Below are positions 1-8,679 of a DNA stretch of 64,000 bases, in pieces. Made by a program: the position numbers and the translations under genes. The stretch comes from the human T2T-CHM13v2.0 reference genome, Homo sapiens. The DNA lies in NCBI RefSeq assembly GCF_009914755.1, contig NC_060945.1. One strand, 5' to 3'. Position 1 is the stretch's first letter. Each line of letters starts with the position of its first letter. The notes below the pieces were generated by a model, which ran no database searches, was not told where the DNA came from, and saw nothing but the letters and a program-made list of their open reading frames with translations.

Positions 1-410
1 GCTTGGCCCAGTGGAATCTGGCTTCCATGGTTCGAGACCAGGGTGTGCCCCGGGTCGCTAGGTGTACCCCAAAGCGTGCAGAAGGCACAAGAGGGGAAGG
101 TGAGGCACATGGGGCAGAGAAAAAAAAAACCTGCCACGGAGAAGCGGGGACTGGGTCTTCCACACGGAAGAAAGTGTCTTTCCATCAGGCCTTGCGCTGG
201 GCCTCAGGGACACTGGAGTCCCTGGTTCGAGCCCACAGTGCACCTCGGGCCGCTAGGTGTACCCCAAGGCAGACAGAAGACCCAAGAGGGGAAGGTGAGA
301 TTTGAGGAAGGAGAGGTGAGGGATCTATGGCAGGAAAAAAAAAAAACCGCGCCACGGAGAAGCAGGGCATGGGTCCCCCACAGACGAAAGTGCCTTCCCA
401 TCAGGCCCTG
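1..410. repeat. SST1/NBL2 (MER22)-like GC-rich macrosatellite fragment, truncated at ~410
   Basis: Internal ~200-bp subrepeats (gctaggtgtacccca at 57 and 252; gccacggagaagc at 133 and 351) with A-tract-CCGCGCCACGGAGAAGC motifs as I recall them from SST1; family name from memory. Confidence 0.6.
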
Positions 411-419
411 ATGGTTTGA

Positions 420-585
420 GACAGAATGAGGAGTGACTAATGTCTACAGGGTTTTTCTCTGGTCGGGGGTGATAAGACGTTCTACAATGGATTGCGAATT
501 AAAATTGAATGTGCACAACCACAGGTATACTAAAAGCCACTCAATTCATGACTTTTAATGGGGGAATCTTATGTGGCGCACTCTA
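420..585 (+). mobile_element. Old L1M 3'-end fragment (part of ACRO composite)
   Basis: Degenerate L1MB-type 3'UTR pattern 'gggtttttct...gataagacgttcta...tatactaaaagccactcaattcatgacttttaatggggg'. Confidence 0.45.
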
Positions 586-785
586 ATGGAGACCACGGCA
601 GACATAGTGAGAGAGAAAAAGGTGAGTAAATATCTGAAACGGAGGCAGAAACAGAGAGAATGAAAAGCCCTGTGAATGGAAGGGAGAGCGAAAAGGGAAA
701 ATGGTCCTATTTACAAATGACAGATGTGAAACCGGGGTTCACATCAACAGTGTCACTGCCAGGAAGGAGGGTCATGCTAGCCATG

Positions 786-3509
786 TCACCGGTAGTGTGT
801 CCCGCAGGGACGCCGACCTGCTGGAGCGTCGTGCCAGCATGGGCTCTGGCAGCCACGTGGGCCAGCAGGAGGGTCCTGCTGCACAGCTGTGGGGTGAGGA
901 TAGACTGGGTGGTGATATCGGCCATTACAGGGGCCTCTTCTGCTGGCAAAAGTGTGACAGTAGCAAGTAGATGGACAGGCCTGCGTGTGAGGACGGAATG
1001 CAGGAGGGGCTCTTGTGCGGCTGGTTGTGGGGCCCTCACCGGAAATGTGGAGAAATGGCCATGTAACTGCGTCATGTGGGCTAGTAGATTGGCCAGGGCT
1101 TCGAACTGAAGGACAATAACGGGGAGTAGCTGTCAGGCCCTGGGAGTGTCTGAGTGTAAGTGGAGATGGGTTTGGGGTCACTGAGGGATGCGTGGGAGCC
1201 ATCCCTGTATAGGTACAGGTCATAGGGAGATAGTCTCGTGAGGCCTGTGAGTGTCTAGGGTTGTCCTGGGTGCCTGGGGCTGACTGTGGCAGAAATCCGG
1301 GGAAGGCTGGAGAGAAGCTGGGAGACCCAGGAGAGTCCCTGAAGGCAGGGGGTGAAGAGGTGAAAGAAATGGGGGAGGGTTGCAGTAAGGTCCGTGAGTT
1401 TGTAGGTGATTCCTGGGTGCGGGAAGCTGACTCCAGGTGAAATCTGGAGATGGTTGGAGAGTAGCTGAGAGAGACAGAAGAGTCCCTGAGGGCTGGGGGT
1501 GAGAACATGAGGGAGACTGGGGAGTAAGTCAGTGAAATTCGTGAGTTCGGTGGTGTATCGTGGGTGCCTGGAACTGACTCCAGCTGGAATCTAGAGAAGT
1601 TTTGACAGTAGCTGAAAGAGACACAAGAGTCCCTGTGGGCTGAGGGCAAAGACCTGAGAGAGACCAGGGAGGACCTCAGTGAAGTCTGTGAGTCTGTAGG
1701 TGATTCCGGAGTGTGGGAGGCTGACTCCCGCTGAAATCTGGGCGTGGTGGGAGAGGAGCTGGGACAGACAGGAGAGTCCCAGGGGGCTGGGGGTGAAGAC
1801 ATGAGAGAGACTGGGGAGTAACTCAGTGAAACTGCTGAGTTTGTAGGTGATACCTGGGTGCCTGGAACTGACTCCCGCTGAAATCTGGGCATGGTAGGAG
1901 AGTAGCTGGGACACACAGGAGAGTCCCTGAGGGCTGGGGGTGAAGACATGAGAGAGACCGCGGAGTAACTCAGTGAAACTGGTGAGTTTGGTGGTGACTC
2001 CGGGGTGCCTGGAACTGACTGCAGCTGAAATGTGGGCGTGGTTGGAGAGTAGCTGGGACCCCCAGGAGAGTCCCTGAGGGCTGGTGAAGACATGAGAGAG
2101 ACTGGAGAGTAATTGAGTGAAATTGGTGAGTTTGGTGGTGATTCCTGGGTGCCTGGAACGGACTCCCGCTGAAGTGTGGGCGTGGTTGGAGAGTAGCTGG
2201 GACACACAGGAGAGTCCCTGAGGGTTGGAGATAAAGACGTGCTAGAGACTGAGGAGTAACTGAGTGAAATTGGTGAGTTTGGTGGTGATTCCGGGGTGCC
2301 TGGAACTGACTCCAGCTGAAATGTGGGCGTGGTTGGAGAGTAGCTGGGACAGACGGGAGGGTCCCTGAGGGATGGTGAAGACATGAGAGAGACTGGGGAG
2401 TAACGCAGTGAAATTGGTGAGTTTGGTGGTGATTTCTGGGTGCCTGCAACGGACTCCCGCTGAAGTGTGGGCGTGTTTGGAGAGTAGCTGGGACAGACAG
2501 GCGACTCCCTGAGGGTTGGAGATAAAGACGTACTAGAGACTGGGGAGTAATTCAGTGAAAGTGGTGGGCTTGGTGGTGATCCCTGGGTTCCTGGAACTGA
2601 CCCGCGCTGAAATGTGGGCGTGGTTGGAGAGTAGCTGGGACAGACTGGAGGGTCCGTAAGGGCTGGGGGTGAAGACGTGAGAGAGACTGGCGAGGATCTC
2701 ACTGAGGTCTGTGAGTTTGTAGGTGTTTCTGGGGTGTGGGGTAGAGACTCCTGCTGAAATCTGGGCGTAGTTGGAGAATAGCTGGGACAGACAGGAGACT
2801 CATGGGTGGCTGGGGGTGAGCTGCTGGATGATGGCAGTAAGAACATATGGTATATTATTGATGAATGAGGTGACTGTGAAGAATCTCCAGAGGAGGACAC
2901 GGGAGAACACAATGACATGAGTGACTGTCCTGCTTGGTTAGGAAAGGGAAACGTAAAGCTGTGGAATTCTGTTGATGATGGATGTGAGAGTGGTGAAGCC
3001 CTGCGGGGTGATGTAGAGTACTTCCACATCTCTGGTGAGGAGCTGCCCCTTGGGTCTGAGTTTCTGGGAGGGGAGAGGGAGAAGCTGGGTGAGGCAGGCA
3101 TGAATCTTGAGGAGTCAGGGCTGGGGGACCGCTCATATTCTCCCGAGACCTGTGAGTCTCTGGGGGACTCCTGGGTGCATGGGACTGACTCCCGCAGGAA
3201 CCTGGGGATGGCTGGAGAGTAACTGGGAGCCACAAGAGAGTCCCTGAGGCCTGGGGGTGAAGAGATGAAAGACACAGGGGTGGAGCACCGTGAGGCTCGT
3301 GAGTTTGTAAGTGATTCCTGGGTGTGGGGGACTGACTCCAGCTGAAATCTGGGGTTGTTTGGAGAGTAGCTGGGAGACACAGGAGACCCCCCGAGAGCTG
3401 GGGGTGAGCTGCTGGGTGATGGCAGTAAGAGCATGTGGTATATTATTGATGAACGTGGGGGATCTGAGGAATCCTCAGAGGAGGACACGGGAGAGCCCAA
3501 TATCTTCAT
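786..3509 (-). CDS. 907-codon Ser/Pro/Thr-rich ORF encoded by the ACRO1 satellite, with RPB1-CTD-like PSYSPTTP motifs; lacks the N-terminal 82 codons and promoter found in the opposite-strand copy; coding status unproven
   Basis: ORF track 786..3527 (TTG start; first ATG at 3509). 48-49-aa units such as SPVCPSYSPTTPTFQLESVPGTPESPPNSPISLSYSPVSLMSSPPALRD; no stop over 2.7 kb. Confidence 0.45.
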   Translation of the reverse strand: MKILGSPVSSSEDSSDPPRSSIIYHMLLLPSPSSSPPALGGSPVSPSYSPNNPRFQLESVPHTQESLTNSRASRCSTPVSFISSPPGLRDSLVAPSYSPAIPRFLRESVPCTQESPRDSQVSGEYERSPSPDSSRFMPASPSFSLSPPRNSDPRGSSSPEMWKYSTSPRRASPLSHPSSTEFHSFTFPFPNQAGQSLMSLCSPVSSSGDSSQSPHSSIIYHMFLLPSSSSSPPATHESPVCPSYSPTTPRFQQESLPHTPETPTNSQTSVRSSPVSLTSSPPALTDPPVCPSYSPTTPTFQRGSVPGTQGSPPSPPLSLNYSPVSSTSLSPTLRESPVCPSYSPNTPTLQRESVAGTQKSPPNSPISLRYSPVSLMSSPSLRDPPVCPSYSPTTPTFQLESVPGTPESPPNSPISLSYSSVSSTSLSPTLRDSPVCPSYSPTTPTLQRESVPGTQESPPNSPISLNYSPVSLMSSPALRDSPGGPSYSPTTPTFQLQSVPGTPESPPNSPVSLSYSAVSLMSSPPALRDSPVCPSYSPTMPRFQRESVPGTQVSPTNSAVSLSYSPVSLMSSPPAPWDSPVCPSSSPTTPRFQRESASHTPESPTDSQTSLRSSLVSLRSLPSAHRDSCVSFSYCQNFSRFQLESVPGTHDTPPNSRISLTYSPVSLMFSPPALRDSSVSLSYSPTISRFHLESASRTQESPTNSRTLLQPSPISFTSSPPAFRDSPGSPSFSPAFPGFLPQSAPGTQDNPRHSQASRDYLPMTCTYTGMAPTHPSVTPNPSPLTLRHSQGLTATPRYCPSVRSPGQSTSPHDAVTWPFLHISGEGPTTSRTRAPPAFRPHTQACPSTCYCHTFASRRGPCNGRYHHPVYPHPTAVQQDPPAGPRGCQSPCWHDAPAGRRPCGTHYR

Positions 3510-3522
3510 TGATTGCCCATCA
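1190..3522 (-). repeat. ACRO1 147-bp satellite array (~2.3 kb)
   Basis: Motif gagagtagctggga recurs at ~1899, 2046, 2189, 2336, 2481, 2627 (period 144-147 bp); array size and the flanking L1/LTR pieces fit the known ACRO composite. Confidence 0.85.
2986..3522 (-). repeat. Left arm of 537-bp inverted repeat (pairs with 5921-6457)
   Basis: Manual alignment with the reverse complement of 5921-6457: no indels, about 15 mismatches (~97% identity). Confidence 0.95.
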
Positions 3523-3751
3523 ATCAATACTTCTTTAACCTGACGGAAGAACTGATCTAAAGGCTTTAGTACAGTGCATGATTATGTGAGATGTTTTGAG
3601 ACAGAGTAGTACATTTGTGAATGAAATTTTATGGCTTATTTTCGCTTAGTAGGAACCATTGTGTGTGGAAAAGTGAGGAAATTGCTTTCTGCTGTAGAGT
3701 CTGGCATTCATTGTAGATTTAAGCTTATTTTCCTGTGAGCAAATCTTATTC

Positions 3752-3788
3752 AATAAAATACTACTCTTTATACTGAAAAACAAAAACA
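3752..3788 (+). terminator. Poly(A) signal AATAAA followed by an A-rich tract (3'-UTR-like end)
   Basis: caataaaata at 3751, then gaaaaacaaaaac about 20 nt downstream, ending an AT-rich UTR-like stretch starting at 3523. Confidence 0.4.
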
Positions 3789-3794
3789 CTGGTG

Positions 3795-4130
3795 ATGTGA
3801 GGTCATTATCCTCAGCAAACTAATCCAGGGAAAGAAAACCAAACACCACATTCTCACTTATAATGGGAGCTGAAAAATGAGATCACATGGACACAGGAAG
3901 GGGAACAACACACACTGGGGCCTTTCGGGAGGCAGAGCGTTAAGAAAAACAGCTACTGCATGCTGGGCTTAATACCTAGGTGATGGGTTGACAGGTGCAG
4001 CAAACCACCATGGCGCACGTTTACCTTAGTAACAAATCTGCACATCCTGCACATATACCCCGAACTTAGAAACGAAACGAAATAAAAGAAAACGAAAAAG
4101 CAGTAACAAAACGCTAAAGGCAAAATAAAG
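3795..4130 (+). mobile_element. L1PA (about PA8-10) 3'-end fragment with degenerate A tail
   Basis: 'cattatcctcagcaaactaa...cacatggacacagg...atacctaggtgatgggttg...cacatcctgcacat' followed by an A-rich tail. Confidence 0.85.
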
Positions 4131-4239
4131 TTTCAAACTCAGAAAGTGACAGACCAATGTTTGGTTCAAATCATGGGTTCTCAACCCAGGTGCCATAAGG
4201 TCAGAATAAAAAATTTGATTATGTATTGTAAATAAGACA

Positions 4240-5230
4240 TGCAGCAAATGACCAGAGAGATTATTCTCAACATATGTGTGTCTTCTAATTCAATGGTGAC
4301 GCTATCTACAGGGACATACCATTAGATTCCAAAGGGCCGAGTCCCGCCAGACAGGCCTCCCACACTAATAACAATGGGAAGCCCCACGTTGTTTTACCTG
4401 TGCTTCTCAGCAACTGGCTATAAATCAGGTTGCCACCACTCCCAGATTTAGTTGCATTCATTTGCTGGAAGAGCTCACAGCACGCAGGTAAACACTTACA
4501 TTTGCCGTTGTATTTTAGCGGACATTGCAAAAAGTTCAGAAATAAATGTGGGGCCCGGCATGTGGGGAGGGGCGCACTACCTTCCAGGAAGTGTTATCCA
4601 GAAGCCCTCTGAACCCAGTCCTTTTGGGTTTTTATGGAGATCTCCTTCTATAGTCATGATGGGTTAAACCATAGGCTATTGGTGATCAGCTCCACCCGAG
4701 GCTCTCAACCCTCCCTGGAAATTGGGGTTGAGGCTTTGCCATTCTCAGTCTGACTCAAAGAATTTACCCAAACGGAATTTTAAAACAGATGAGCATAACT
4801 GGAATCTTAATTACATGATTGGATTATCTGGAGCCACACCTTGATATTCCTAACCCGAGCACCCTCATCCAACGAATGCTCCACCCAACTGGCTCCCAAG
4901 TCTCTACGTGGTTCCAGAGCAAAAGAATGTTTATACAACGCATATCTCCACCTTTTCTTCAAAGTCTTTTCGTTTACACGGAAAGACTTCTTAAACTGCC
5001 ATGCATCAGAGTCAGGGGGAGGTCTTGTTACAACACAGATCTGTGCATCTCCGGGGTTTGATTGTGGCAAGGATGCTGCTGGTGTCAAAACCACAACGTG
5101 GGAACCACAGAACCACTAGTTGGTTTTCAGTGTTTCAGTGCATACAATTCCTAATATATCTGGCCAAGAAAACTTGTAAGTTCTTAGATTGTCCCAAAGG
5201 TGGCGCATGAAATCAAAGCAGGAGAACAGT
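4240..5230. mobile_element. ERV LTR fragment, MER21-like
   Basis: MER21-type text ('gaagccctctgaacccagtccttttgggtttttatggag', 'ggtgtcaaaaccacaacgtgggaacc'); MER21A is a known ACRO composite component. Confidence 0.55.
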
Positions 5231-5290
5231 TTCCTACCAGGTGTAGCCTGGGAAAGTTGGGGGTGACTGATGGAAAGGAGGAGTGAAGCT

Positions 5291-5360
5291 CCGCCCTTTC
5301 CGCTGCTAGGCTGCGCCCGAGGCTATTTAAACCCACCCTGGCTGGCCTGTACTCAGATCT
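5291..5360 (+). promoter_or_regulatory. Core promoter: GC box, TATA-like box, initiator
   Basis: CCGCCC at 5291-5296, TATTTAAA at 5324-5331, Inr-consensus TCAGATC at 5353-5359 (A+1 = 5355, 31 nt after TATA), then a CpG-rich leader. Confidence 0.6.
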
Positions 5361-5540
5361 TCGCGGAGCGGATCAGCGGCCGGAGCGTTTGGCGGACTCT
5401 GCGTGGACTTGGAGCTCACAGCGTCTTGCGACTTGGAAGCGGATTCAGAGGACAGGACAGAACACGTGGGCAAGTGAATCTCTGTCTGTCTGTCTGTCTC
5501 ATTGGTTGGTTGATTTCCATTTTCTTAAGGGGCACATACC

Positions 5541-5614
5541 TCACACCGCACACACACAAACACACACCGCACACACAAACACACACACACACACACACGC
5601 GCGCACACACACAC
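5541..5614. repeat. (CA)n microsatellite, interrupted
   Basis: Directly visible cacacaca tract. Confidence 0.95.
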
Positions 5615-5675
5615 TCCTTCCTTCTTCGAGTTAGAAAATTGGTACGGGCCCCTGGGAGCTGCAGGTTTCCTAATC

Positions 5676-6457
5676 ATGTCTGCACCTAAGAACAGTAGGG
5701 TCTTGTCTGGCTCTTCTTATGAACGGTCCCCCAGCCCGGACTCCCCAAGGTCCATGCGAGCCTCACCCAGCTTCTTCCTCTCCCCTCTCAGAATCTCTTG
5801 CTTAAGGGGAAGCTCCTCACCAGGGATCCGGAGCTACCATTCACCATCCCCTAGGGCTTCACCACACTCACCTCTGTCATCACCAGAATCCCACAAGCTC
5901 CCATTTCCCTGTCCTCACCGTGATGGGCAATCAATGAAGACATTGGGCTCTCCCGTGTCCTCCTCTGAGGATTCCTCAGAGTCCCCACGTTCATCAATAA
6001 TATACCACATGCTCTTACTGCCATCAGCCAGCAGCTCACCCCCAGCTCTTGGGGGGTCTCCTTTGTCTCCCAGCTACTCTCCAAACAACCCCAGATTTCA
6101 GCTGGAGTCAGCCCCCCACACCCAGGAATCACCTACAAACTCATGAGCCTCACGGTGCTCCACCCCTGTGTCTTTCATCTCTTCACCCCCAGGCCTCAGG
6201 GACTCTCCTGTGGCTCCCAGTTACTCTCCAGCCATCCCCAGGTTCCTGTGGGAGTCAGCCCCATGCACCCAGGAGTCCCCCAGAGACTCACAGGTCTCGG
6301 GAGAATATGAGCGGTCCCCCAGCCCTGACTCCTCAAGATTCATGCCTGCCTCACCCAGCTTCTCCCTCTCCCCTCCCAGAAACTCAGACCCAAGGGGCAG
6401 CTCCTCACCAGAGATGTGGAAGTATTCTACATCACCACGCATGGCTTCACCACTCTC
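5676..6457 (+). pseudogene. 5' portion of the ACRO1-ORF gene (MSAPKNSR...), with a premature TGA at 6144-6146 and truncation at 6457
   Basis: Same frame and sequence as the minus-strand ORF from DGQSMK onward; CGA (Arg) in the minus copy is TGA here. Confidence 0.7.
5921..6457 (+). repeat. Right arm of 537-bp inverted repeat
   Basis: Reverse complement of 2986-3522. Confidence 0.95.
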
Positions 6458-6994
6458 CTTACCATTAGAACACTCAGTAATCATATGAATTGTGCAGTTG
6501 TTGTTTTGCTTAACTCTTTTTGTTTGTTTATGCTTGGGGTTTTATTGTTGTTGTTTCACTTTTCTCCCATCTCTTCCTGACTTGGTCAAATCCAAAGGAA
6601 TGTTCCAAATTGTGGGGAGCAAGGCCTCTGAATTGGCTAAAACTCCTATGGCTGCAAAAAAACAAACAAATAAACAACAACAAAAAGCATTCCAGTTAGC
6701 AGAAATTATTTTTTAAACCTTTTTTTTTACGTAACTGGTCTCATCTACATAAAAATGTCATCCTTTTGCTAGCCAAGGCCAAACTGAAGGAGTAGTGGTG
6801 GTGACCCAATGTGAAGATTCTGCCCTGTTCACTACAGAAACCTGAGTTTGGTTCCTAAGTCTAGTTCTTTCTGTTTGATATTTGTGTTACTTTTAAAACG
6901 TCAGCAGTTTGTCCCAGCTATGATGTGGTAGTAAAAGATTCAAAAGGGGTTTCTTTACAGGTTCCATGATTAAAAGCTTAATTTAAAGCAAATT

Positions 6995-8615
6995 TCTTTT
7001 TTTTTAAATTATACTTTAAGTTCTGGGGTACATGTGCAGAACATGCAGGTTTGTTACATAGGTATACACATGCCATGGCGGCTTGCTGCATCCATCAACC
7101 CATGATCTACATTAGTTATTTCTCCTAATGCCATCCCTCTCCTAGCCCCCCACGCTGACAGGCCCTGGTGTGTGATGTTCCCCTTGCTGTGTCCATGTGT
7201 TCCCATTGTTCAACTCCAAGTTATGAGTGAGAACATGTGGTGTTTGGTTTTCTGTTCTTGTGTTAGTTTGCTGAGAATGATGCTTTCCAGCTTCATTCAT
7301 GTCCCAGCGAAGGACGTGGATTCATCCTTTTTATGGCTACATAGTATTCCATGGTGTATATATGCCACATTTTCTTTATCCAGTCTATCATTGGTGGGCA
7401 TTTGGGTTGGTTCCAAGTCTTTGGTTTTGTGAAAAGTGCCGCCATAAACAGACAGGTGCATGTGTCTTTATATTAGAATGATTTATAATTTTGGGGGTAT
7501 TTACCCAGTAATGGGATTGCTGGGTCAAATGATATTTCTAGTTGTAGATCCTTGAGGAATTGTCACACTGTCTTCCACAATGGTTGAACTAATTTATATT
7601 CCCACCAACTGTGTAAAAGCGTTCCTATTTCTCCACATCCTGTCCAGCATCTGTTGTTCCCTGATTTTTTAACGATAGCCATTCTAAGTGCTGTGAGATT
7701 GTATCTCATTGTGGTTTTGATTTCCATTTCTCTAATGACCAGTGATGATGTGCTTTGCTTCACATGTTCGTTGGCTGTATAAATGTCTTCTTTGGTAAGT
7801 GTCTGTTCATATCCTTTGTCCACTTTTTGATGGGGTTGTTTGTTTTTTTTTTCTTGTAAGTTTGTTCTTTGTAGATTCTGCATATTAGCCCTTTGTCAGA
7901 TGGATAGATTGCAACAATTTTCTCCCATTCTCTGGGTTGCCTGTTCACTCTGATAATAGTTTCTTTTGCACTGCAGATACTGTTTAGTTTAGTTAGATCC
8001 CATTTGTCAATTTTGGCTTTTGTTGCCATTGCTTTTTGTGTTCTGGTGATGAAGTCTCTGCCTATGGCTCTGTCCTGAATGGTATTGCCTAACACAAGGA
8101 CATTTATGTGCCTGAGTGCTATACCACCCACAGTAATTTATAGATTTATTGCTATCCTCATTAAGCTACCATTGACTTTCTTCATAGAATTAGAAAAACT
8201 ACTTTAAATTTCATATGGAACCATAAAAGAGCCCACATAGCCAAGACAATCCTAAGCAAAACAACAAAGCTAGAGGCATCACAGTACCTGACTTCAAATT
8301 ATTCTACAAGACTACAGTAACCAAAACAGCATGGGGCTGGTACCAAATCAGATCTATAGACCAATGGAACAGAACAGAGGCCTCAGAAATGACACCACAC
8401 ATCTAAAAGCATCTGATCTTTGACAAACCTGACAAAAACAAGCAATGGGTAAAGGATACCCTATTTAATAAATGATCTTGGGAAAACTGGCTAGCCTTAT
8501 GCAGAAAACTGAAACTGGGCCACACCCATACACCTTAAACAAAAATTAAGTAATATGGATGAAAGAGTTAAATGCAAGACCTAAAACAATAAAAAATCTA
8601 GAAGAAACCTAGGCC
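6995..8615 (-). mobile_element. 5'-inverted (twin-primed) L1PA: minus-strand 3' part 6995-8090 and inverted ORF2 piece ~8120-8615
   Basis: Poly-T plus L1 3'UTR on the minus strand; the plus-strand ORF2 piece ends at 'ctaggc' and the minus piece starts at 'aggcaataccattcagg', which is the same L1 coordinate (compare 43930-43950). Confidence 0.8.
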
Positions 8616-8679
8616 AACAACCTCAGGGGAAATGTACCTGTAATGAAATGCATGGTACAAACACGCATTCCTTGCTTCC

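Noticed and set aside
786-3527. POLR2A gene or retrocopy
   Set aside because: No contiguous heptad array and no polymerase domains; the similarity is limited to motifs inside a 49-aa satellite unit.
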